Source of the DNA: an uncultured Pseudomonadota bacterium
Lineage (GTDB): Bacteria; Pseudomonadota; Alphaproteobacteria; Rs-D84; CACZYB01
Assembly: GCA_902785275.1 (NCBI GenBank)
Contig: CACZYB010000001.1
Span: forward strand, 206,608 to 270,607
Length of the DNA stretch: 64,000 nt
Reading direction: 5' to 3'
Shown: piece after piece, positions 18,686 to 27,684 of the stretch
How the letters are laid out: each line of letters opens with the position of its first letter
How positions within the stretch are numbered: the first letter of the stretch is position 1
Notes under the pieces: model-generated
What the model was told of the DNA's origin: nothing
Databases searched by the model: none
Seen by the model: only the letters and a program-made list of their open reading frames with translations
Position numbers and translations under genes: made by a program

Positions 18686-18934
18686 ATGTTAAAGAAATTT
18701 GAAAATTGGTTGCTACAAAATAATTATAAACCTAATACTGCAAAGGATTACCAATATAGAATAAAGCGTGTATGTAAAAAAGAAAATATTAGTTTGGATA
18801 TGCTTGTAGAAAATATAAATAATTTATTGCCAGAATATGAATTAAGTGGAATGAAAGCTGAGTATGGAAAAACTAGCCATGAAAGTGTTAAACAAGCATT
18901 GCGTAGATTTAATAAGTTTTTAATGCAAGCATAA
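18686..18934 (+). CDS. Small protein resembling integrase N-terminal SAM-like (core-binding) domain
   Basis: F..WL....Y..NT..DY...I and ALRRF..FL pattern. Confidence 0.6.
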   Translation: MLKKFENWLLQNNYKPNTAKDYQYRIKRVCKKENISLDMLVENINNLLPEYELSGMKAEYGKTSHESVKQALRRFNKFLMQA

Positions 18935-19033
18935 TTAAATATTATTTAGATTAAAAATAATGAACCAGGATTGATTGAATTTAGTCCTGGTTTATATTTT
19001 ATAAAGAAAAGATTTTATGAATTTAGAATTGAT

Positions 19034-19624
19034 TTAATTGAATATTTGATAATCGAAGATGATGTTGTCGGTATTAGAGAATTGCATATCGTTTGATTGA
19101 ATTAATGTGAATTCTTTGGATAGATATTCGGCGATGCCGTTTGTATTAAATATAGGAGAAATTACGATATTGTCTGGATATTGATTGGATGGTTTAAAAT
19201 TTTTATTTGTTTTTAATGAAACGGACATGTGTAATTTATTTTGTAATGAAAAAAGAGTGTTTATAAGGTCGCCGGTTGTAAATTTATTTGATTTGAGCCC
19301 TAAAATAACGTGAGCATGAAAATTTGTATTAGATTGGCCTTGCTCTTGAACAGCAATAAAAATAAAATGTTTTTGATATAATTTGAACCAATGTGAACCT
19401 AATAATTTATTGAATATTTGATTAAACATTGTATGAAGTTTGCTTATAAGTTGAGCTTGGGTTGTAGGGGGATTATAAAACCAACGAATACTAAAAAATA
19501 AACCATTACTGCTTAGTGAGGAGGAGAACCAGCTTGTAATGGTTTGGATGCTTTGCATATTTTTGCAGAATTGTGTTGAATGTTGAGAAAGAGATTTTAT
19601 TTTTTTAAACTTAGATTTATACAT
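19034..19624 (-). CDS. HUH-endonuclease, rolling-circle Rep-like protein
   Basis: VQE-x7-FHAHVIL (HUH motif 2) and EYLSKE (YxxK motif 3). Confidence 0.72.
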   Translation of the reverse strand: MYKSKFKKIKSLSQHSTQFCKNMQSIQTITSWFSSSLSSNGLFFSIRWFYNPPTTQAQLISKLHTMFNQIFNKLLGSHWFKLYQKHFIFIAVQEQGQSNTNFHAHVILGLKSNKFTTGDLINTLFSLQNKLHMSVSLKTNKNFKPSNQYPDNIVISPIFNTNGIAEYLSKEFTLIQSNDMQFSNTDNIIFDYQIFN

Positions 19625-20228
19625 TTTATTTATTTTTATATTTATTGTTAGTTAGTATTATTTTTTGCATAATAATATTTACTATATAAAAATACTATAT
19701 AGTTTTTAAATTTACAAATTAAGTATCTACACTACCTTCGTATTTGACCAATAAGGGCCTATACTATATAGAACTGTGAAAATTTTTTATTTTTGGGGAT
19801 TTTTAATTTTTTTTATTTGGAATTTTTATATATGATTTATTTTTTTTATTAATATTAGAAAATAAAAAATAATGTTTATATAGTATATACAATGAGTTAG
19901 AAGATTTTTGTGTCGGGGTTTTTAATGAAATTTAGATAAAATAAGAGGAAAAATATATAAAAAACCCCTTAGAAATGAAGGTTTAATATGTAGTGATTTT
20001 TTGATGTTTTTAAAAAACACTTCCTATAAGACGCGTTTTTTTAGGGGCTAAAATTGGGTTTTTATGAAGTTTTTGAAGAAAATTTTTTGAAAAAATATTT
20101 TAATGAAAAATGTTGAAAATATGGGGGAGGAGAGGGGGAGCCAGGGTCCCATATTTTTATGCTTTTAATGTAAAATTTAAAATTTATTAAAAAAACTTGT
20201 TTGCTTTAAGGGAAAAACGTTTTATAAT

Positions 20229-20252
20229 AAGTGTGATGCAATTAGTGATGCA
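20229..20252 (+). repeat. Arm-type repeats (right)
   Basis: AAGTGTGATGCA + ATTAGTGATGCA. Confidence 0.75.
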
Positions 20253-20345
20253 GTAAGTATGTATGGCTAAAAATAATTGCGTGAAAAGTTAGAGATTTGG
20301 TTGGTTTTGGTGTTGTGTAAAGGCTTAATTTTTAGATGAGTTATA

Positions 20346-20363
20346 CCCTTCACCCGCTCCAAA
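20346..20363 (+). repeat. attR core
   Basis: Exact copy of 14874-14891. Confidence 0.93.
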
Positions 20364-20368
20364 ATCAG

Positions 20369-20391
20369 AAGTGGCAATCGCCACTTTTTTT
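20369..20391 (+). terminator. Original tRNA-Gly terminator displaced by the element
   Basis: AAGTGGC-AATC-GCCACTT plus T-run, 5 nt after attR. Confidence 0.8.
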
Positions 20392-20550
20392 ATTTGCAAA
20401 AATACCCTTCAAAATTAAAAGCAATATTAAAAAACTAAATACTTTTATTTTGTTTATGAAAATAAAAATACTCTTAACAACAAACGATGTTAGTAAGGAG
20501 TTCTAGAATTACTGATTTGGAATCGAAGAGTTCTACGACTTTAGATTTAG

Positions 20551-20638
20551 TGGCGGAAAGAGGGGGATTCGAACCCTCGATACCTTGCGGTATGCACGCT
20601 TTCCAAGCGTGTGCAATCGACCACTCTGCCATCTTTCC
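20551..20638 (-). tRNA. tRNA-Ser(GGA)
   Basis: GGAAAGATGGCAGAGTGG...TTGGAAA...long variable arm...TTCGAAT...TCTTTCCGCCA. Confidence 0.97.
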
Positions 20639-20713
20639 TTAATATAACTATAATACCGTACAATCACTGTACTTATGCAGAAATTCTACATAAAAATTTT
20701 TACAAGTCAATAA

Positions 20714-20947
20714 TTATCTTGCTTTTTTAAATGGATTTCGTGGATGTAAAAACCAATTAATAACAAGCATTGTTTTTCCAACACATAAAAACAAAATCCA
20801 CATTAAAATCAATAACACTGGCACTGATGTATGAATTCTGTATCCAAGCCAAAATATATCAACTACGCCATAATTATTCGAAATCCATACCCCAATCACA
20901 GAAAACAAAAGGAATATAAAAAAATATTTAAGAGAAGCTTTCAACAT
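20714..20947 (-). CDS. HemY N-terminal-domain-only membrane protein
   Basis: W...N.G.V.I.WLGYRI.TS motif between two TM helices, downstream of the mitofilin-like gene. Confidence 0.7.
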   Translation of the reverse strand: MLKASLKYFFIFLLFSVIGVWISNNYGVVDIFWLGYRIHTSVPVLLILMWILFLCVGKTMLVINWFLHPRNPFKKAR

Positions 20948-20960
20948 TTTCTTTATCTCC

Positions 20961-22004
20961 TTATATATTAACTTCTTTTACTGGTTCAGTAATGGTAATA
21001 ACCTTTTTCTTTACAGGAACTTTCTTTACTTCTACATCATGCAAAGCCTTTTCCAAAGCAACCTTTAAAACCGGAGCAATAACTTCATCTACAGAAAGTT
21101 TCACCTTTGCATCATCATACCATTTTTTTGCAAAATTAAAGCCAGCTTCTGAAACATCTTTTAACTTTTCAAATTCAAAAACTGCCTTTGCCAAATTACC
21201 TTCTTTTAAGGCATCCTCAGTCTTTGCAACAATAAAATCCGGAGTTTTTTCTTCATCCAAAGGATTGCTAAAATCAATCTTTCTTATTTTCAAAAGACCC
21301 TTTACACGGAACAAAAATCTATCTCTCATATTGTCACCTTCACCCTTTGGGTTATTGGAAACAAAAACAACATCTGTTGCAATTTTATCAAATTCATTTC
21401 TTAATTCAGAAACGGTCTTAATTCCATTTTCAGAGTAAGGAGAAAGTACAGTTTCTGCTTCTTGCACAACCTTATCCTTACCGGCAATTTCCATCAATGT
21501 ATCAAGCTCTGCTTTGAAACTATCACCTCTATTTATTGCATCACGAAGCAAAGTTGCCGAAGTCAACATCAAAAGGTTCAAACCTTTATATGTTTTATTA
21601 TATTCTTCTAAGGAGCTTATTTTTGATTCAAGTTTAGCCAAATCATTCTTATCAAACATAAGTTCACGTACACGTTGAATATTATCTTTTATATCCAAAC
21701 CAAATTGTTGAACTTGATCTTTAATATCAACCTTTTGCAAATCACGAATTTTTTCAATATAGGTTTCCAAAAGTTCAACGCCACCCTTTTCCATATTATC
21801 AACTTTGTTTGCTAAAATAAGTACTTGTCTTTTTTGGTTATCAAGCTCTAAGCTTAAAAAACCAATAATCCAAATCATAAGAATAAAAAGGAAAGCAAAA
21901 ATCACCACCTGAAACACAGAAAAAGAAGTTTCCTTTTTTGGTGTTTTTACAATTTCAACAACAGTATCTTCTGTTTTTTCTAATTTTTTCTTTTTACTAA
22001 ACAT
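20961..22004 (-). CDS. Mitofilin/Mic60-like (COG4223) protein
   Basis: TM helix plus coiled coil, LRDAINRG.SF..EL, GI.T..EL...F, AKTEDALKEGNL..AV. Confidence 0.8.
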   Translation of the reverse strand: MFSKKKKLEKTEDTVVEIVKTPKKETSFSVFQVVIFAFLFILMIWIIGFLSLELDNQKRQVLILANKVDNMEKGGVELLETYIEKIRDLQKVDIKDQVQQFGLDIKDNIQRVRELMFDKNDLAKLESKISSLEEYNKTYKGLNLLMLTSATLLRDAINRGDSFKAELDTLMEIAGKDKVVQEAETVLSPYSENGIKTVSELRNEFDKIATDVVFVSNNPKGEGDNMRDRFLFRVKGLLKIRKIDFSNPLDEEKTPDFIVAKTEDALKEGNLAKAVFEFEKLKDVSEAGFNFAKKWYDDAKVKLSVDEVIAPVLKVALEKALHDVEVKKVPVKKKVITITEPVKEVNI

Positions 22005-22013
22005 AACACTCTC

Positions 22014-22388
22014 CTAAAATTTAAAATCAATAACTGTACTTTGTTTTGGTTTATTGCTTGAAGAAAAAGCCGCAGACAAAGTTTTAATTTTTGTTGTAAT
22101 CTGAGCAAGCACATTTGCCAAAGCATTCTCATCCAATGCTTCTTCTTTCAAAACAGAAACTTGCTTTTCCAAACTTGCAATTTTTGTTTTTGCCTTTGAA
22201 ATATCACCAAAGGTAAGAATACAAACCATCAAAAGCAAAGTTTCACTATCAACATCACCAAACATAGATGATAAACTTCTTGCTTTATTATCAATTTGCT
22301 CAGCAATAGCAAGTATTTGTTCTTCTTGCCCTGCCCCACAATCCACAGAATAATTTTTTGAATTTATTTTAAAATTAACTGTTGGCAT
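22014..22388 (-). CDS. zapA: Cell division protein ZapA
   Basis: V.FKIN.K.Y.V.C..GQEE alphaproteobacterial ZapA pattern. Confidence 0.85.
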   Translation of the reverse strand: MPTVNFKINSKNYSVDCGAGQEEQILAIAEQIDNKARSLSSMFGDVDSETLLLMVCILTFGDISKAKTKIASLEKQVSVLKEEALDENALANVLAQITTKIKTLSAAFSSSNKPKQSTVIDFKF

Positions 22389-22396
22389 TTTTCCCT

Positions 22397-22660
22397 CTAA
22401 AATTTATTTATCTTGTTTTTCAAAGAAATTGATAAATCATGTATTTCACCAATAGCACGTCGAACCTTACTTTGTTCAACAAGCAACGAATGTTTAAGGT
22501 TATCTATTTCCACCTTATTTTTTTCATCATTTTCCTTATAAAAACGGATTTCATCATCAAAATTTTGCAATTTTGTACTTTTATATACATCAAAATTCCG
22601 CTCCAACTCGGAAACGGACTCTGATAATAATTGCAAAGAATTACTAAGTTTCTCTTTCAT
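22397..22660 (-). CDS. Coiled-coil protein upstream of zapA
   Basis: Heptad pattern, conserved position upstream of zapA. Confidence 0.6.
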   Translation of the reverse strand: MKEKLSNSLQLLSESVSELERNFDVYKSTKLQNFDDEIRFYKENDEKNKVEIDNLKHSLLVEQSKVRRAIGEIHDLSISLKNKINKF

Positions 22661-22737
22661 ACTTGCCTTTTTCAAAAAAGTTATATATAACTTATATAAA
22701 ATATACAAAAAAAACAAATAAAATTCAAGGATAAAAA

Positions 22738-23607
22738 ATGAGAAAGTCTTTAAGGAAGAATGATGAACTAAGAAATATTACATTGGTACCAAACATAAAT
22801 AAATACGCTGATGGTTCTTGTTTAATAACATGTGGTGATACAAAAGTTATGTGTACTGCAACAATAGAATCAAAAGTTCCATTATTCTTAAAACATTCCG
22901 GAAAAGGTTGGGTAACTGCAGAATACGGAATGCTTCCTGCATCATGTCAAACGCGTATAGATAGGGAAAAATCACGTGTTGGTGGTCGTACAGCCGAAAT
23001 CCAAAGATTAATCGGACGTTCTCTTCGCTCTGTTGTTGACCTTGATAAAATAGGCGAAAGACAAATAATTATTGATTGCGATGTTATCCAAGCCGATGGT
23101 GGTACAAGAACCGCATCCATTACTGGTGGATATATTGCTTTGTACATCGCATTAAAAAAACTTCAAGAAAAACAAAGATGGCAAAATCTTCCTATACTTG
23201 ATATGGTTGCTGCTATCTCATGCGGTATCATTGATGGCGAAGTATTACTCGATCTTGATTATGATGAAGATAGTAACGCCGAAACAGACAGTAATTTTGT
23301 TATGACAGAAAGTGGTGGCATCATTGAAATACAAGGAACCGCCGAAAGAATTCCTTTCACAGAAACAGAATTCACAAAACTTCTTTCTACTGCAAAAAAT
23401 GCATTAAAAACTATCTTTGAAAAACAAAAAGAAGTTATAAATCAAATAGACGAGCAATTCGAAAAAAATCGTCAGGAAAGATTAGAAGCACGTCTTTTAT
23501 CTGCTGGAATTAATACATTAATAAAGACAAAGAAAAATAATTCAAATCAAATCTTAGATGAAAACAGAGATATAAACGGAAACGTTGCTAACGGTTCAAA
23601 TATATAA
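22738..23607 (+). CDS. rph: Ribonuclease PH (with C-terminal extension)
   Basis: [48 protein letters not shown]. Confidence 0.97.
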   Translation: MRKSLRKNDELRNITLVPNINKYADGSCLITCGDTKVMCTATIESKVPLFLKHSGKGWVTAEYGMLPASCQTRIDREKSRVGGRTAEIQRLIGRSLRSVVDLDKIGERQIIIDCDVIQADGGTRTASITGGYIALYIALKKLQEKQRWQNLPILDMVAAISCGIIDGEVLLDLDYDEDSNAETDSNFVMTESGGIIEIQGTAERIPFTETEFTKLLSTAKNALKTIFEKQKEVINQIDEQFEKNRQERLEARLLSAGINTLIKTKKNNSNQILDENRDINGNVANGSNI

Positions 23608-23625
23608 TCACAAGGGAGGTATAAA

Positions 23626-24336
23626 ATGTCAAAAACCGAAAAATCTAAAACTTTATCATTGAAAGAACAATATCTCGAAAGCCAAAAAAATGCATTCTTC
23701 CGTGAAGTACAAGAAGATGTTCAGGCCGAAAGAATTTCTCAAATCTGGAATAAGTATAAAAACTATATAATCACAGTAATTGCAATAGTACTTCTTATTT
23801 CCATAATAAAAAATTGCTATGTTTCATACAAAAAGAATGTAAACCTTAAAAACGCAAAGCAATTTGAACAAATAATATCAAAAAATTCAACTCCTGATGC
23901 AAAAATCACAGAATTACAAGAATTTGTAAAAACTGCAAAGTTTGGATACAAAGATATTGCATACTTCAATATTTACTCAATCCAAATTGAAAACAAAAAG
24001 TATAATGATGCGATTGATACACTAAACGAAATCACAAAAAATTCCTCTGATGAAGTATTTGAAAATCTTGCCATAGTAAAGCTTGGTACATTACTTTCAT
24101 CACTTCCTGAAAAAGATTTAGTTTCAGTAAAAAAACAACTTTCAAACGTTGGTTCATCCGAAGCATTATCACCTGTTGCAAAATTTGTTCTTGGCACAAT
24201 TTATGTAAAAGAAAACAACTATGATGCTGCAAAAAAGATTTTTGAAAAACTTTCTGATGATATCAATCTTCCAGTAAGTATCAAATCTCAAAGTTTAACT
24301 ATGTTAAACTACATAAAATCTGCAAAATCAAAATAA
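23626..24336 (+). CDS. YfgM-like TPR membrane protein
   Basis: FFREVQEDV..ER...IW.KY plus TM helix, upstream of the bamB-like gene. Confidence 0.8.
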   Translation: MSKTEKSKTLSLKEQYLESQKNAFFREVQEDVQAERISQIWNKYKNYIITVIAIVLLISIIKNCYVSYKKNVNLKNAKQFEQIISKNSTPDAKITELQEFVKTAKFGYKDIAYFNIYSIQIENKKYNDAIDTLNEITKNSSDEVFENLAIVKLGTLLSSLPEKDLVSVKKQLSNVGSSEALSPVAKFVLGTIYVKENNYDAAKKIFEKLSDDINLPVSIKSQSLTMLNYIKSAKSK

Positions 24337-24358
24337 TTAAAAAGGAGGGAAAAACAAA

Positions 24359-25624
24359 ATGAAAAAAACACAAAATATTAAAAAAAAGCTGGGTATTTTG
24401 TTTTTCTCAACCTTAATTTTGGGGTGTGAAAACGCACCTCTTCCTTTGCAAGGTGAAAAAGTTTCTATCTTTAACAAAGAAAAAACACAAAAAACAGAAA
24501 ATAAAAAAATCATCCTTGAAAAACCATACATAAACAAATTATGGAATTCAAACGGTGGTAACTCTGAAAACAATATGGGACATATTGCCGGCCATAAAAA
24601 ATTCCATAAACTATATTCAAATGATATCGGTTCCGTAAGCTCTAAAAAGCAAATTTTATACACTCCTGTTGCTAATGAGAATATGGTATTCACAATATCA
24701 GGAAATCTTCGTTTAACTGCAATAAATATAAATACAGGAAAAACGGTTTGGTTCCAAAAATTTTCAAATAATGATTTAATAAAATTTGGAACACTTGCCT
24801 TAAATGGAAATGATTTATACCTTCTAACAAACAATTCACAACTTGTAAAACTTAACGCTAAAACTGGTGAAATAATTTACAGTAAATATTTCAATACAAA
24901 CCTAAAGTCTGGCCTTACAATCTGTGATAACAAACTATTCTTCACAAACGATAATAACGAAACATTTGCAATAAACCAAACCACTGGTGAAAAAGAATAC
25001 ATCCACAAAACAATAGAAGAAAGTTCCTCTTTCATTAAAGGTTCAACACCTGCGTGTAAAGACGATAAACTTATAACTGCATTCTCAAATGGTGAAGTCC
25101 ATATGATTATGGCCGAAACATCAACACCAATTTGGCTTGATTCTGTTTATAAAATAAATCCATCAAATATAAACACTATATCTGACATCATTGCAAATCC
25201 TGCTATAAAAAACAATATCGTCGTTGTAAAAAGCTATAACGATATTACAAAGGCATTTGATATAGATGAAGGAAAAACACTTTGGATTACATCAAACGGT
25301 GGAAAAACAACTCCTATAATCTCTAATGATACTATGTTTGATATAAACAATAACAAAGTATTATTTGCATCAAACGTTTCAAATGGAAACAAGATTTGGG
25401 AAACAAAGCTTAATATAAAACAAGATGATATATTCTTTGATCCACTTTTGATAAACAATCAAATCATAATCCCTGTATCAAACGGAGATATTATAAAGGT
25501 AAATCCATACAACGGAAATATCATTGAAACCGAAAGCTTAACATCACAAATTGATGTTTCCCCTATCGTAATAAATGATAAATTAATAATTATTTCAAAC
25601 GGAGATTTAGAAGTTTTCAACTAA
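24359..25624 (+). CDS. BamB-like PQQ-repeat beta-propeller lipoprotein
   Basis: Lipobox ILGC, repeated A....TG..W units. Confidence 0.82.
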   Translation: MKKTQNIKKKLGILFFSTLILGCENAPLPLQGEKVSIFNKEKTQKTENKKIILEKPYINKLWNSNGGNSENNMGHIAGHKKFHKLYSNDIGSVSSKKQILYTPVANENMVFTISGNLRLTAININTGKTVWFQKFSNNDLIKFGTLALNGNDLYLLTNNSQLVKLNAKTGEIIYSKYFNTNLKSGLTICDNKLFFTNDNNETFAINQTTGEKEYIHKTIEESSSFIKGSTPACKDDKLITAFSNGEVHMIMAETSTPIWLDSVYKINPSNINTISDIIANPAIKNNIVVVKSYNDITKAFDIDEGKTLWITSNGGKTTPIISNDTMFDINNNKVLFASNVSNGNKIWETKLNIKQDDIFFDPLLINNQIIIPVSNGDIIKVNPYNGNIIETESLTSQIDVSPIVINDKLIIISNGDLEVFN

Positions 25625-26646
25625 CCTCTTTTGAAAAGCCTTTTATACCATGGTTTCTTCAACTTTAATTGAAGTTGTCTGAAATAATCTTCGGCAAGTC
25701 TTGACCCTTTCATACCATTAATAGTCTTAAGCACTTTCATAAACTCTTCAAAATCCGGATGATTTGGATCCCAACAGGTATATTTTTCATAATTAGAATT
25801 CATTTCTGAATTAGTAGCCCACTTTCTAAATCTTGAAAAATAAGCCTCTGCACCAAATTTATTTGCCATTTTAACAAATGCAGGCATTTCCCTAAAGTTA
25901 CCAGAATGAAAAACAAAATTGAAATCTAATTCTTTTAATTCACCCTTCTTTTTTAATTTAGAAATATATTTCAAATTCTTTTGAAGTTGTTCCCAATGTC
26001 CACCCCTAACTATTCGTTCATAAGTTTCCTTTGTTGCAGCATGAATAGAAAGACATACTTTACAAATCTTACCTTCTATACCAAAATCTTTTACATGTTT
26101 TTCATCAAACAAAAGTCCATTTGATATCAACATAAATTTTATCTTTGGGTACTTTTCTGAAATACGTCTTACCAAACACTTCAAATGCTCACTTACAAAA
26201 ACTTCACCCGAACCATTCAAAAAAACAAATTCTGCATGCTTACAAATTTCAAGAACTTTATCAATAATAGTATTATTTTGATTAATATCATCCTTTGATT
26301 CTGTAAACCATTCATCACGACAAGTAACACATCTTACATTACATGCCTTAACATAGCTTAAATGAACATATTTTGGATAAGGAGGATGATCAATAAAACT
26401 TTCTTCAAAATCCTTCATATTCCAATCATTATACTCAAAACAAAACTTTAAATTACAGTGAGTATAAAGGTTGTTATAAATATCTCTTCTAAAAGCTTTT
26501 GCCCTTTCACCATACCAAATATCCTCAAAAGAATCTTTGTAAATATTTCCAATTACATAATAATCAACAAAAGGAGCACAACAAAAAAATACTTGCCCAT
26601 CCCAATCGATATTTATTCGTTCAAAAGGATATTTGCAACATCTCAT
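25621..26646 (-). CDS. Radical SAM protein with N-terminal SPASM/twitch-like domain
   Basis: C.YPF...I.WDG.V.FCC, IGNIY..SFEDIW, CNVRCVTC (CxxxCxxC), GSGEVF. Confidence 0.88.
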   Translation of the reverse strand: MRCCKYPFERINIDWDGQVFFCCAPFVDYYVIGNIYKDSFEDIWYGERAKAFRRDIYNNLYTHCNLKFCFEYNDWNMKDFEESFIDHPPYPKYVHLSYVKACNVRCVTCRDEWFTESKDDINQNNTIIDKVLEICKHAEFVFLNGSGEVFVSEHLKCLVRRISEKYPKIKFMLISNGLLFDEKHVKDFGIEGKICKVCLSIHAATKETYERIVRGGHWEQLQKNLKYISKLKKKGELKELDFNFVFHSGNFREMPAFVKMANKFGAEAYFSRFRKWATNSEMNSNYEKYTCWDPNHPDFEEFMKVLKTINGMKGSRLAEDYFRQLQLKLKKPWYKRLFKRG

Positions 26647-27671
26647 TATTTTTCTCCTAAAATTTTACTTTTCAATCTCAACCACCATGTGTCTTTAAGT
26701 TTAGATTGAACATATCTAAAGAATTCTTCATCAAATCTATAATTCTTCATTTTCTTAAGCTTTCTAAGTATATTTAAGAACTTTCTATAATCTTTATGCG
26801 CAACCTCCCAACATGCATATTTTTCATAATTTTTGCACATTAACGAAGAATTCCAATTTCTAAACATTGAAAAATGCACATCAATACCATACTTTTGTGC
26901 AATCTCAACAGCTTTAGGCATTTCCTTAAAGTTAAGAGAATGAAAAACGAAACTAAGACTTAGGGATTTAATTTTTCCTTGAGTTTTTAGTTCGGATAAA
27001 TATTTCAAATTATTTTGAAGCTTTTTCCAATTTCCACCACGGGTAATTTTTTTATAAGTTCTCTTTGTTCCAGCATTAATTGAAACATCAATATACTTTA
27101 CTTTTATATCCTCACCAAAAAAATCTTTTATATTTTTTTCATCACACAAAAGACCATTTGTCTGAATAAAAAACTCAATATTTGAGTTAAGTTCAGATAT
27201 TTTCTTAACAATATTTTTCAAATGGTTACTTACAAAAACTTCACCTGAACCATCTAAATAAATAAATTCAGCCTTTTTACAAATATCAACAACCTTATCT
27301 GTAATCTTATTATAATTTGCTGTATCTTTTTTTGTTTCGATACACAAATCATCACGACAAGTTCTACACCTTAAATTACAAGTCTTAACATAACTTAAAT
27401 TTACAATCTTTGGATACGAAGGATTTTTGATAAATTTTTCATCAAAATCTTTCATATTCCAATCATTATATTCAAAACAAAACTTTAAATTACAGTGTTT
27501 ACAAGAACCCTCAAAAACAGACTTTCTAAATTCAACCGCTTTTTCCCCATACCATAAATCTTCAAAGGAATCATTGTAAATATTTCCAAGCAAAAAGTTG
27601 CTACCACAAAAGGTAACGCTACCGTCCCATTCAATGTTAAGCCTTTCAAATGGAAATTTACAACATCTCAT
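26646..27671 (-). CDS. Radical SAM protein with N-terminal SPASM/twitch-like domain (paralog)
   Basis: CNLRCRTC, GSGEVF, collinear with its neighbour. Confidence 0.88.
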   Translation of the reverse strand: MRCCKFPFERLNIEWDGSVTFCGSNFLLGNIYNDSFEDLWYGEKAVEFRKSVFEGSCKHCNLKFCFEYNDWNMKDFDEKFIKNPSYPKIVNLSYVKTCNLRCRTCRDDLCIETKKDTANYNKITDKVVDICKKAEFIYLDGSGEVFVSNHLKNIVKKISELNSNIEFFIQTNGLLCDEKNIKDFFGEDIKVKYIDVSINAGTKRTYKKITRGGNWKKLQNNLKYLSELKTQGKIKSLSLSFVFHSLNFKEMPKAVEIAQKYGIDVHFSMFRNWNSSLMCKNYEKYACWEVAHKDYRKFLNILRKLKKMKNYRFDEEFFRYVQSKLKDTWWLRLKSKILGEK

Positions 27672-27684
27672 ACTAACTTCTCCC

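Larger units (their letters stand above)
14874..20363. mobile_element. ~5.5 kb integrative element in tRNA-Gly
   Basis: Bounded by 18-bp direct repeat CCCTTCACCCGCTCCAAA. Integrase at left end, displaced tRNA terminator right after attR. Confidence 0.93.

Noticed and set aside
19662-19689. dif-like site (TTTTTGCATAA-TAATAT-TTACTATATAA) suggesting Xer-mediated integration
   Set aside because: The XerD arm matches poorly, and the element has its own integrase and tRNA att sites.
14874-20363. Complete prophage or ICE
   Set aside because: No capsid, terminase, tail, Zot-like ATPase or conjugation genes between the att sites.
24337-24834. Antisense and nested ORFs in the track (e.g. 24337-24834, 20992-21438, 33096-33485, 59359-59748, 63659-63985)
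   Set aside because: They overlap well-supported genes on the opposite strand or another frame, with no motifs of their own.
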